Positions 27,901 to 35,663 of a DNA stretch of 40,255 bases are shown here, in pieces. The stretch comes from a virus (Duplodnaviria; Heunggongvirae; Uroviricota; Caudoviricetes). Location of the stretch: IMG/VR virus record IMGVR_UViG_3300027708_000034, positions 82,332-122,586 of that record; one strand, written 5' to 3'. Every line of letters starts with the position of its first letter. Within the stretch, counting starts at the first letter, position 1. Under the pieces are notes generated by a model. That model was given only the letters and a program-made list of their open reading frames with translations. It was not told the DNA's origin and searched no databases. The translations under genes and the position numbers were made by a program.

Positions 27901-30900
27901 TTAGCTGCATACTGCGGTACTGTGGAAATTGTTAGTGCCCTTGCTGCTACAATTGAAAGATTGAATGAACTTGTTCCAGTGCTGCCCAGTAGGTCAGTCA
28001 CTGTTACAACATAATTATTTGATAGTAACTGATTTGGTGTGCCTGATATAATGCCTGTCGATGTAGAGAATACTAACCCACCCAAACTATTGCTGCTAAT
28101 TTGATAACTGTAAGGTGTAGCACCACCAGTGGCAATTACAGGCTGGAATGATGTTATCGGTACTGTGTTAGTCAACGACGGATTCGCATACGCAGCATCA
28201 GTCCTAACACTGAATGCAGGCGGCTGTATCACTAAATTAAATGTACCAGTATTGACTTGACTAGCTTGATCCCTAACTGTTACATTATATGCTGTGGAAG
28301 TAGTATAGTATATTGACGGGGTGCCGGTAACTGCACCAGTGCTGGTATTAAACAATAATCCCGCAGGTAGCGCATTATTGATAGCATATGTTAAAGTTTG
28401 ATATCCTGTGCCCGACGCATTTACTGGTATGAGGCCGCTAGCATATGTTGTCGATACAGCGGTACCTTGCACCAATGTAACATTGGTGATGGTAGTTAAG
28501 GTTATCGGTAATGGGTATGTTACATTTAAATTAAACGACCCAGTATTTGATTGATAGGGATCACTGACTGTGACGCTATATGCAACTGGTCCATTGGTAC
28601 CAGTGGTAGCTACACCTGTGATATATCCACTGGTGCTGACAAAATTTAATCCTGTTGGTAGAGCAACGGGTCCAATACTATATGTATAAGGTGGAGTACC
28701 GCCAGTAGCACCTATGGGCTTTGATGGAAGATTAGTCGTAGCACCAACTATCAAAGGTACAGACAAGGAATTCTGAACGATTGCTATCGGTGTGGAAATT
28801 ACTGATATATTAAATGTACCAGTGACTACTTGATTAGCAGAATCTCTTATCGTTACTGAGTACTGAGTGGGTAACGATAATGTACTTGGAGTTCCAGTTA
28901 ATTCACCAGTGGCTGATCTAATTGCCAAAGAACCATTAGTAGCCCCTGCGAGTGTATAAGTCAACGCACCATACCCACCAACAGCCCTAACAGGGAATAC
29001 GCCACTGGTAGCAACATTCACAGTCAATGTCACTGTAGCAGTTGCCACATATGACAGTGCCGGTGGATTGACAATGCTAATATCTATATTCTTTGAAGAA
29101 CTCAACCCGGTGACATTATCTGTTATAGTCAGTGCATATGAACTTGTAGTAGATGTTGTCCCCGGAGTACCTTGTATTACACCAGGAGATACAAATTGTA
29201 AAGCAGGGTAGGATGGTAACTGAGGGCTGATAGAATAAGTAACACCCTGTTGAGCTCCACCAGTAAATGTGATTAATTGTTGAGTGCTTGTATATACGGT
29301 ATTGACTAAAGTTATCGAACCAGTCGTTAAACTTGTAACTAAATCAGGATACTTTACATACAACGAGAATTGTGTGGATGTAGTTTGAGGTATGGGCAAA
29401 CTATCATAAACATTAATTGTATAAGTTGTTGTATTCAGTCTAGCAGTTGGTGTTCCGCTAATTATACCCGTCGAGGTGGTAAATGTTAGTCCAGCAACAG
29501 TTAATGGCGGGTTGATCCCATATGTTAACGAACCGTATCCATTGCTTAATAAGAATGTGGGCTTAATCGGCAATCCCGCACTGGATCCAACGGTTAAGGT
29601 ATTAGATGCATAGGTTGCAGATGTAATAGCTGATAACGCATTTGGGGCTGCAATAGATATACTGAACGAACTAGTACCTCGAGTACCCACAGTATCTGTA
29701 ATGGTTACTGAATAGGTAGTGGTCGATAATACTTGACTCGGGGTACCGGATATCTGACCAGTGGATGTAGAGAATGTTAGCCCACCGAGATTAATGTCGC
29801 TAATTTCATATGATACATAGGGCTGAGCACCACCTGTGGCACTTACAGGTTGGAATATTGATATCGGTATTGTCTGTGTAAACCTTTGACTAGCATACGC
29901 AGGGTTAGTGGTGACTGTAAATGCCGGCGGTGTTATTACTAGATTAAATGTACCTGTGCTGACCTGACTGGCTTGATCTCTTACTGTTACACTGTATGCT
30001 GTAGACGTAGTCCAATAATATGAAGGACTACCAGTAATGGCGCCGGTATTTACATTAAAAATTAATCCTGCAGGAATCGAAGGACTGATCGAATAAGAAA
30101 GTTGTTGATATCCTCCAGTGGCACTTACTGGAATTAACCCACTAGGATATGTAGTTGATACTGCTGTATTTTGTACTAGAGCAACATTTGGAATCGATGT
30201 TGATAAATTAATCGCAGTAGGTAGTGTTACTGTTAAATTAAATGTGCCAGTATTGGATTGCGGATATTGATCAGTCACTGTGACTGAGTAGACCACTGCC
30301 TGTCCATTAGGTGTGCTAGTAGTCGCAACTCCGGTTATATAGCCGCTGGTCGTGACAAATGTTAGTCCAGATGGCAGTCCGGGACTTATGCCATAAGAGT
30401 ATGTGCCAACTCCACCCGTAGCCCCAATTGGTTTAGATGGTAAGTTAGTAGTCGCACCTGCGACCAACGCCACTGAGTTTAAATTCTTTACGATTGTGAT
30501 TAAACTTGGGGGCGGTGCTACTACCTGTAGGTAGAATGTACCAGTGGACTTTTGAGCCGCTTGGTCAGATATTGTTACTGAATATTGAGTATTCGCAGAT
30601 ACTTGTGTAGGAGTTCCAGATATTAAACCAGTGCCTGCATTAAATGCTAACCCATTGATTGACAGCGTTGGGCTAATTGCATAACTTAATGTTCCGTACC
30701 CCAATGCACTAGGACTGGCTGATACAGGAGTTGCTGAAAACGCAGTGCCAGTGTTTATTACATTGGTTGCATAAGCAGGGTTAACAATGGCAGTCAGCGC
30801 AGGTAATTGATTTACCTGCAAACTGAACTGTGCGTTAACAGTCTGACTGGCTGCATCAGTGATAGTTATTGTGTAAGGTGTAAGGGCATTGTTAAAGGCT

Positions 30901-32279
30901 GTTGCTGTGCCAGATATTACGCCCAAGCTACTATATACCAACCCGGACGGTAGAGGAGTTGATGGACTGATAGCAAAGCTAAATGGCGCAGTTCCGGTGC
31001 CGCCTTGTACTGTTACTGGCGTAAATGGTGTGTATCCAACGCCCTGTGTTAATATAGGGATTGAGCCCGAAACAACTGCTACTGGTATGTTGGGGTTAAC
31101 CACCATGGCAAACTGTGTTGAACTAGTCTGAATTGGTGAAGAACTATCAGCGACTCGTACAGTATAATCGGCTAAACTTGCCGGAGCAATTGGTGTTCCA
31201 GATATGATACCAGTCGCAGCTGATATAGCTAATCCGTTTGGTAATGTTGGGCTAACAATGCTGTAGGCATATGGTGTTACACCAGCACTGGATATCGTTA
31301 CCGGATTGAATGGCGCTATCGCTGTGCCAACAGTAAATGTCTTAGTGCCCACAACTGCTGATGTCACACCCAGTATTACTGGAGCAGTAACCGTTATAGT
31401 TACAGTGGCAGGTGAAGACGTGCCGCCAGCGTTAGTAGCAGTATATGTAAATGTATCAGAACCTGAGTACCCCGACGTAGGAGTATAGGTAATGGTCGTG
31501 CCAACTGCTGTGGCAGTACCATGGGAAGGATTAGATGCTACTGCTACGCTAGTAGGACTGTTAGTCGCACTCAATGTAATAGTATTATTAGTAGAATTGT
31601 AAGGTACAGTCTGACTTACATTAGATGCTACTGGGGGATTAGTCGGCGGGGCAACGGCAGCCGGTTTTAATGTAAATGTAGCTTGTACTGCTCTACTTGC
31701 GCCGCCGCCATCGGTAAATGTTACTGTGTAAAGTTGCTCGGTTATGGCTGTAGCAGGCGCTGTGCCACTTATCTGTATTTCGACTTTATTATAGAGGTTA
31801 TCTACACCATTGACATTAATAGTCGGGACACTTTTTATATATGTCGCTGTTATCCAAGCTGGCAATGCTGGACTAATGCTAATGTTGTAAACTGGGGTCA
31901 CACCTCGGCTAGATAAACTTGTACCTGTGTTAACTTGTACAGCTGATCCGCCGTAAGCGAATACCGTTAGTTGGTTAGTTAATACTTGATTTACCGCGAC
32001 TGTGATTGCGGCTGCTGCATTATTAGGTACTATTCCCGGAACTGCAGGACTACCGCCACTGCCGTAAGGTTTTGGATTACTTGAATATGAAGTCCAACCG
32101 ATTCGAGTACCAGCAATACCCGCTTTGTATGGTGTACCAGCAGAGGCGGTAATTACAACAAATAAATCATTGTCTTGATAGTTATAATCAGTACCAGCAG
32201 GTGCTGCTGTATAAGCAGTCGTAGTGATATTCTTGTTTGCATCAAGAGTATAGGTATAGGGGGAGTAGAATATTGCCAC
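24942..32279 (-). CDS. Giant Ig-array/collagen fibre or adhesin, 2445 aa (GTG start)
   Basis: One cadherin/Big-like domain (P.HGTAT...ITYTP.SGYSGSDTFTYTA), 17 He_PIG-like repeats (LP.GL.F...TG.ISGTP.....Y.VTV.D), two collagen segments, C-terminal NLDGG.P...YGG motif. Confidence 0.85.
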   Translation of the reverse strand: MAIFYSPYTYTLDANKNITTTAYTAAPAGTDYNYQDNDLFVVITASAGTPYKAGIAGTRIGWTSYSSNPKPYGSGGSPAVPGIVPNNAAAAITVAVNQVLTNQLTVFAYGGSAVQVNTGTSLSSRGVTPVYNISISPALPAWITATYIKSVPTINVNGVDNLYNKVEIQISGTAPATAITEQLYTVTFTDGGGASRAVQATFTLKPAAVAPPTNPPVASNVSQTVPYNSTNNTITLSATNSPTSVAVASNPSHGTATAVGTTITYTPTSGYSGSDTFTYTATNAGGTSSPATVTITVTAPVILGVTSAVVGTKTFTVGTAIAPFNPVTISSAGVTPYAYSIVSPTLPNGLAISAATGIISGTPIAPASLADYTVRVADSSSPIQTSSTQFAMVVNPNIPVAVVSGSIPILTQGVGYTPFTPVTVQGGTGTAPFSFAISPSTPLPSGLVYSSLGVISGTATAFNNALTPYTITITDAASQTVNAQFSLQVNQLPALTAIVNPAYATNVINTGTAFSATPVSASPSALGYGTLSYAISPTLSINGLAFNAGTGLISGTPTQVSANTQYSVTISDQAAQKSTGTFYLQVVAPPPSLITIVKNLNSVALVAGATTNLPSKPIGATGGVGTYSYGISPGLPSGLTFVTTSGYITGVATTSTPNGQAVVYSVTVTDQYPQSNTGTFNLTVTLPTAINLSTSIPNVALVQNTAVSTTYPSGLIPVSATGGYQQLSYSISPSIPAGLIFNVNTGAITGSPSYYWTTSTAYSVTVRDQASQVSTGTFNLVITPPAFTVTTNPAYASQRFTQTIPISIFQPVSATGGAQPYVSYEISDINLGGLTFSTSTGQISGTPSQVLSTTTYSVTITDTVGTRGTSSFSISIAAPNALSAITSATYASNTLTVGSSAGLPIKPTFLLSNGYGSLTYGINPPLTVAGLTFTTSTGIISGTPTARLNTTTYTINVYDSLPIPQTTSTQFSLYVKYPDLVTSLTTGSITLVNTVYTSTQQLITFTGGAQQGVTYSISPQLPSYPALQFVSPGVIQGTPGTTSTTSSYALTITDNVTGLSSSKNIDISIVNPPALSYVATATVTLTVNVATSGVFPVRAVGGYGALTYTLAGATNGSLAIRSATGELTGTPSTLSLPTQYSVTIRDSANQVVTGTFNISVISTPIAIVQNSLSVPLIVGATTNLPSKPIGATGGTPPYTYSIGPVALPTGLNFVSTSGYITGVATTGTNGPVAYSVTVSDPYQSNTGSFNLNVTYPLPITLTTITNVTLVQGTAVSTTYASGLIPVNASGTGYQTLTYAINNALPAGLLFNTSTGAVTGTPSIYYTTSTAYNVTVRDQASQVNTGTFNLVIQPPAFSVRTDAAYANPSLTNTVPITSFQPVIATGGATPYSYQISSNSLGGLVFSTSTGIISGTPNQLLSNNYVVTVTDLLGSTGTSSFNLSIVAARALTISTVPQYAANTLTVGTATNFTPVVVGSAGYGTLNFSIQPTLPSNLTFANGTISGTPQVVSTTGTYTVTVTDSLPINQTSSTQFTISVAYTPFTTSLTTSTVKLTKGTQSNTKVINYAGGGGGGVSYSTIPALPEYPNIQLVTPGVISGTPSTTSTTATYALVVTDNVTGQTSTQYISLSVAEPSSIILQATGTTVVLYANSATTGIQPVIATGGIGLLSYSISGGSLPNGTLNIGQSNGILTGTPANVSSTASYSVTVADSQSNKSTATFSLTVLPPPITITTSTPSKVLPQYSQATPFQPIVGSNLNYGGLSYNINPAIDSLGLAFNTGSGFVSGTPIVSINGTQYSVTVRDQNRQSNTGTFNLTITPSTPPSLTASVPQSLQVIAVGDNVNLQPVIGQGGFLISGNDYSYSISPVLNFNGISYNTSTGYITGTALSSSSVVSFSVTVRDSVPQSAIGTFQIRIDPAPPVTAAKGYTGSIGYAGSRGYTGSVGAQGPQGYTGSLGYSGSVGPTGPQGPGGYAGSIGAQGPLGYAGSRGYDGSIGPQGPGGYAGSIGAQGPLGYAGSAGPQGPIGYTGSVGAQGPLGYAGSVGPQGPTGYTGSVGAQGPIGYAGSVGPTGPQGPGGYLGSTGPIGYAGSVGAQGPIGYTGSIGAQGPGGYAGSAGYNGSAGYAGSKGDPGTSVKIVGTVSTSTSLPPSGNTNGDGYIVSFDGHLWVWGSTVWTDVGSVRGPAGADGYYGSTGYDGSRGYTGYDGSVGAVGYDGSVGAVGYDGSVGTVGYTGSTGYDGSRGYTGYDGSIGYTGYDGSRGYTGYSGSTGYDGSVGATGYDGSRGFTGYDGSRGFAGYDGSRGYAGYNGSVGSIGYTGSRGDVGYNGSRGYAGSLGYTGSVGPQGSAGYVGSTGYTGSQGTGLQISGYVGSSGGLPTPYGGSIGTIYATGDNAHLWIWVGANWVDLGAIGYTGSSGGAGMGGSPNLDGGEPGTNYGGIASICGGGVSV
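25200..26510 (-). repeat. Collagen-like Gly-X-Y repeats: a Pro-containing GYxGSxGxQGPx block, a knob, then a Pro-poor GYDGS block
   Basis: Translation of the 2445-aa ORF. Confidence 0.9.
26530..31380 (-). repeat. Array of 17 He_PIG-like Ig repeats containing a duplicated six-domain block (offset 1713 bp)
   Basis: GATTNLPSKPIGATGG occurs twice (anchors 30436 and 28723); repeats 4-9 match 10-15 in order. Confidence 0.8.
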
Positions 32280-32286
32280 GATCTAA

Positions 32287-32292
32287 TATTTA
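32287..32292 (-). promoter_or_regulatory. Late promoter-like TAAATA, 7 nt before GTG start
   Basis: GG-TAAATA-TTAGATC-GTG, with no Shine-Dalgarno. Confidence 0.6.
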
Positions 32293-32312
32293 CCTGTAAA
32301 AATCTATCATGT

Positions 32313-34754
32313 TTAAGCTGAACATATCGGAGTTACAGTTGCTATACAATGAATATAACCCAATGGAGCTCCTGCACAGCACCTTTTGACTACAACAAAA
32401 AGTTGATTACATAATACTCCGCAGCCTGCTTGATAAATGTCTCCGGGTAATGCATAGCAGCATGTCCAATAACCAGGAGCATAATTTCGAGGAGCAGGAT
32501 TTATAAATGCTGCGCAGCAGGCCGCAAATACCTGTTGCTGTGCCCAATATCTTGCAGGGCGAGTTTGCTGCGGATAGTACTCAGATGCGCCGCATCCTTG
32601 GAAAACAATCGATCCCAAATGCCCAATAGTAACATTAGTAAATGTCACACTAGCACCAGTAGAGACATCCTGTCCTATAGATACTGTATATTTGGTCGCT
32701 GTAGTACTGCAACAGTGTGTTACTGTAACACCTGTTCCAGGTTGTATCTCAGTTACATATTTGTTAACGGGGCCGGGAATACCCTGACTACCTGTGTAAC
32801 CAGTGCTACCAACATAGCCACCTTCACCCTTGCTGCCATAATAGCCCATTGGGCCAGTTGGTCCCACTGATCCATCATAACCAGTAGATCCAGAATATCC
32901 ATCTATACCCCTGCTGCCACAATAGCCCATTGGGCCAGTTGGTCCAACTGATCCATCATAACCAGTAGATCCAGAATATCCATCTATACCCCTGCTGCCA
33001 TCGTAGCCGGCCGGGCCCCTAATTACTCCTACATCAGTCCATACTGAGCTAGCCCACACCCATAAGTGTCCATCGAAACTTATAATATATCCGTCACCGT
33101 TAGCACCGGTATAAGGTATTGGTAAACTGGTTGATGTAGATAGGGAACCAACAATTACTACCGATGTCCCGGGATCACCCTTGCTACCGTAATATCCAGT
33201 AGGACCAACTGAACCATCATACCCAGTAGATCCAAAGTAGCCAATGGGACCAATTGATCCGGAATAACCTATAGGGCCGATGGATCCATCATAACCAGTA
33301 GATCCAAAGTAACCAATGGGACCAACTGACCCATCATAGCCAACTGACCCATCAAATCCAGTGTAACCGCGCGAGCCATCATAGCCAACTGATCCATCAA
33401 ATCCAGTGTAACCGCGCGATCCATCATAACCAACTGATCCATCAAATCCAGTGTAACCGCGCGATCCATCATAACCAACTGAACCATCATAGCCAACTGA
33501 TCCATCAAATCCAGTGTAACCGCGTGAGCCATCATATCCAACTGACCCAGAATAACCAATAGATCCATCATAGCCAACTGAGCCATCATAGCCGGTATAA
33601 CCTATAGATCCATCATATCCAGTAAATCCACGTGAACCATCATAGCCAACTGAGCCATCATAACCAACTGATCCATCAAATCCAGTATATCCGCGTGAAC
33701 CATCATATCCAACTGACCCATCATATCCAACTGATCCAGCATAGCCAACTGAGCCATCATAACCAACTGAGCCATCATAGCCAACTGATCCATCAAATCC
33801 AGTATATCCGCGTGAACCATCATATCCAGCTGACCCAGTATACCCAGTAAATCCACGTGAACCATCATAGCCGGTATAACCTATAGATCCATCATAGCCA
33901 GTGGATCCAAAGTACCCAATATCGCCTACTGAGCCAGTATACCCAGTATAACCACGCGAGCCATCATAGCCGGTATAACCTATAGATCCATCATATCCAG
34001 TGTATCCAAAGTACCCAATATCGCCTACTGAGCCAGTATACCCAGTATAACCACGCGAGCCATCATAGCCGGTATAACCTATAGATCCATCGAATCCGGT
34101 GTAACCACGTGAGCCATCATAGCCAACTGACCCAGAATAACCAATAGATCCATCATAGCCAACTGATCCATCAAATCCGGTATATCCACGTGATCCATCA
34201 TAGCCTGTATACCCTCTGGAGCCATCGTATCCCACTGAACCAGAATAACCGATATCACCTTTACTACCAGTATACCCGCCAGCATCTCCTTTTTGGCCTG
34301 AACTACCAGTGTATCCAATGCTGTTGACCACTGTCATACCACAAGAGAATATTCTACCGCCAACTACTAAATCACCACCTATGCCAACGCCTCCCTCAAC
34401 CTGCAATGCTCCGCTATTAGTAGAAGTAGCAGATGTAAGATTTTTAATTAAAAATGTACTAGTAGTTCCAGTAGATGTGGCCGATACCCTAATGGTTACT
34501 ACAGTTCCAGAACTAGTAACTATAAGGCCTTCACCTACAAAGTCTAACAAACTGGCTTTGTTAGTTAATGTAGTTCCTTGTAATGCTACTGCTATATTAC
34601 CTATGCCAGATAATGGTTTACCGCCAGGAGTGACGCCGTCAGACAGTCGCAGCTCGCCTGTGAACTTGTCGTAGAATATTGTACCTTCTTGACCAATGAA
34701 GGTGTTTATGGTCTGGGTTACTACCTGACCAGCTTGTATCTTAAAAATGGACAT
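32313..34754 (-). CDS. Collagen-like fibre protein, 813 aa, with GYDGS repeats and Cys-rich C-terminus
   Basis: N-terminal FIG.EG.IFYD..TGELRLSDG.TPGG anchor-like motif; about 380-aa Gly-X-Y run; knob domain; 13 Cys in the C-terminal ~140 aa; purine-rich GAGGGGAG upstream. Confidence 0.85.
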   Translation of the reverse strand: MSIFKIQAGQVVTQTINTFIGQEGTIFYDKFTGELRLSDGVTPGGKPLSGIGNIAVALQGTTLTNKASLLDFVGEGLIVTSSGTVVTIRVSATSTGTTSTFLIKNLTSATSTNSGALQVEGGVGIGGDLVVGGRIFSCGMTVVNSIGYTGSSGQKGDAGGYTGSKGDIGYSGSVGYDGSRGYTGYDGSRGYTGFDGSVGYDGSIGYSGSVGYDGSRGYTGFDGSIGYTGYDGSRGYTGYTGSVGDIGYFGYTGYDGSIGYTGYDGSRGYTGYTGSVGDIGYFGSTGYDGSIGYTGYDGSRGFTGYTGSAGYDGSRGYTGFDGSVGYDGSVGYDGSVGYAGSVGYDGSVGYDGSRGYTGFDGSVGYDGSVGYDGSRGFTGYDGSIGYTGYDGSVGYDGSIGYSGSVGYDGSRGYTGFDGSVGYDGSVGYDGSRGYTGFDGSVGYDGSRGYTGFDGSVGYDGSRGYTGFDGSVGYDGSVGPIGYFGSTGYDGSIGPIGYSGSIGPIGYFGSTGYDGSVGPTGYYGSKGDPGTSVVIVGSLSTSTSLPIPYTGANGDGYIISFDGHLWVWASSVWTDVGVIRGPAGYDGSRGIDGYSGSTGYDGSVGPTGPMGYCGSRGIDGYSGSTGYDGSVGPTGPMGYYGSKGEGGYVGSTGYTGSQGIPGPVNKYVTEIQPGTGVTVTHCCSTTATKYTVSIGQDVSTGASVTFTNVTIGHLGSIVFQGCGASEYYPQQTRPARYWAQQQVFAACCAAFINPAPRNYAPGYWTCCYALPGDIYQAGCGVLCNQLFVVVKRCCAGAPLGYIHCIATVTPICSA
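33170..34320 (-). repeat. Low-complexity collagen-like repeat (GYD/GSR/GYT/GFD/GSV triplets; 9-, 18- and 27-bp periodicity)
   Basis: Direct reading of DNA and protein. Confidence 0.95.
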
Positions 34755-34778
34755 CTGGGTCTTTCTCCCCTCAACCCT

Positions 34779-35027
34779 TTACGGTAACTCTTTGGTTTCC
34801 GGATCAAGCTCGTCTTGTGTAAGATCTTTGATTATGGGACTTATTTTGCCTACTTGGGCTTTTTGCAACTCAAGTTGCTGTTGTAATGGCGAGACCATTA
34901 CTGGATCCTCTATTGGAACACTGGGATCAATGGGCTCATCCGAATTTGTCATATCGACTTCAGGATCTCCGTCGCCATTGATTTTAATGGTGATTGGTAC
35001 GTTGATTACAAATTCTCTGGCTCTCAT
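34779..35027 (-). CDS. Small acidic hypothetical protein, 82 aa
   Basis: Own TAAATA 5 nt upstream; D/E/P-rich with a PLQQQLELQK helix. Confidence 0.7.
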   Translation of the reverse strand: MRAREFVINVPITIKINGDGDPEVDMTNSDEPIDPSVPIEDPVMVSPLQQQLELQKAQVGKISPIIKDLTQDELDPETKELP

Positions 35028-35032
35028 AGTAG

Positions 35033-35038
35033 TATTTA
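35033..35038 (-). promoter_or_regulatory. Late promoter-like TAAATA overlapping the peptidase stop codon
   Basis: CA-TAAATA-CTACT-ATG. Confidence 0.65.
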
Positions 35039-35458
35039 TGTTATGGGTTTGCTCTTCAGAAATTCGGGATATTGCTTGTTGAAATGCCTCATAACAACGC
35101 CTGCTACCTGATGCGCTTGATTCTCTTCAGGGCTTCCTGTACGGCCGCTATCATTGTTTAATTCATGCTCAACGCTTTGTTTATAGTGAACTAATTCATG
35201 TGCTAATGTGCGTAGAATATCATTAGGATGACGATTCATTAAAGCTACAGTTAACGTATTATTGCTGTTATCAAAGCGTCCAAATGTTGGTTGTTCTTCA
35301 TCATCGACCATTGGAACAAACTCCATTTCGGGTAAAGAATCAAGTTCAATATAGTGCATGGCCAAAGGAATAAACTTCTGGAACATTTCCATGAAGTTAT
35401 CTTTATGGGAGGACATTGATTGATCTGCACCTTCGCACAGTAATTCTTTGATAATCAT
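35036..35458 (-). CDS. Zincin-type (HExxH) metallopeptidase-like protein, 140 aa
   Basis: LRTLAHELVHYKQ motif plus downstream EENQA (likely third ligand Glu); preceding beta-strands FGRF...LTVAL. Confidence 0.75.
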   Translation of the reverse strand: MIIKELLCEGADQSMSSHKDNFMEMFQKFIPLAMHYIELDSLPEMEFVPMVDDEEQPTFGRFDNSNNTLTVALMNRHPNDILRTLAHELVHYKQSVEHELNNDSGRTGSPEENQAHQVAGVVMRHFNKQYPEFLKSKPIT

Positions 35459-35464
35459 AATGTG

Positions 35465-35470
35465 TATTTA
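35465..35470 (-). promoter_or_regulatory. Late promoter-like TAAATA, 6 nt before ATG
   Basis: C-TAAATA-CACATT-ATG. Confidence 0.65.
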
Positions 35471-35576
35471 GTGCCAGTTACTTTATCTGGCGCACACTAC
35501 GCGGTGCAGTTCAATTGCGCGGACGCCCGGGCAAGCAAGCCTGCCCCCGTGACGACAACGGTCCCTAAGGTGAGAT
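35471..35576 (-). ncRNA. Putative structured RNA or regulatory element, family unidentified
   Basis: 62 G+C in 35471..35570. Stems: GGGCAGG-CUUG-CUUGCCC (35529..35546), CCGU/ACGG (35547..35561), GGAC/GUCC closing helix, GCGCA/UGCGC (35490..35520), CCAG/CUGG. Confidence 0.4.
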
Positions 35577-35663
35577 CTATACTGGACTATATGGATTACG
35601 TGTCCGATCCGTTCCATCGTCCTCCGGGTATACCGGATAATCATTGGGATTATTCTGCTGCAT
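35577..35663 (-). CDS. Possible 28-aa microprotein MQQNNPNDYPVYPEDDGTDRTRNPYSPV
   Basis: ATG overlaps the nuclease 3' end by 14 nt; TAG ends exactly where the structured element begins. Below the ORF-track cutoff; no clear ribosome-binding site. Confidence 0.3.
   Translation of the reverse strand: MQQNNPNDYPVYPEDDGTDRTRNPYSPV

Noticed and set aside
20-32870. Dozens of plus-strand ORFs rich in Pro/Val/Thr (e.g. 2591..3109, 8531..9112, 10908..11390)
   Set aside because: Antisense shadows of Gly/Thr/Ser codons (GGT, ACT, AGT) in the minus-strand fibres; no expression signals.
33269-34318. Met/Asp/Leu-rich alternative-frame ORFs and a His/Gln-rich plus-strand ORF
   Set aside because: Frame-shifted readings of the GYDGS DNA repeat; the same applies to 25880..26095 and 9405..9773.
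25200-34320. CRISPR-like periodic repeats
   Set aside because: Repeats are in-frame coding triplets without unique spacers; no cas genes.
35471-35576. tRNA, intrinsic terminator or known ribozyme (pistol, hammerhead, HDV-like)
   Set aside because: No cloverleaf, T-loop or CCA; no U-tract; catalytic consensus motifs could not be matched by eye.
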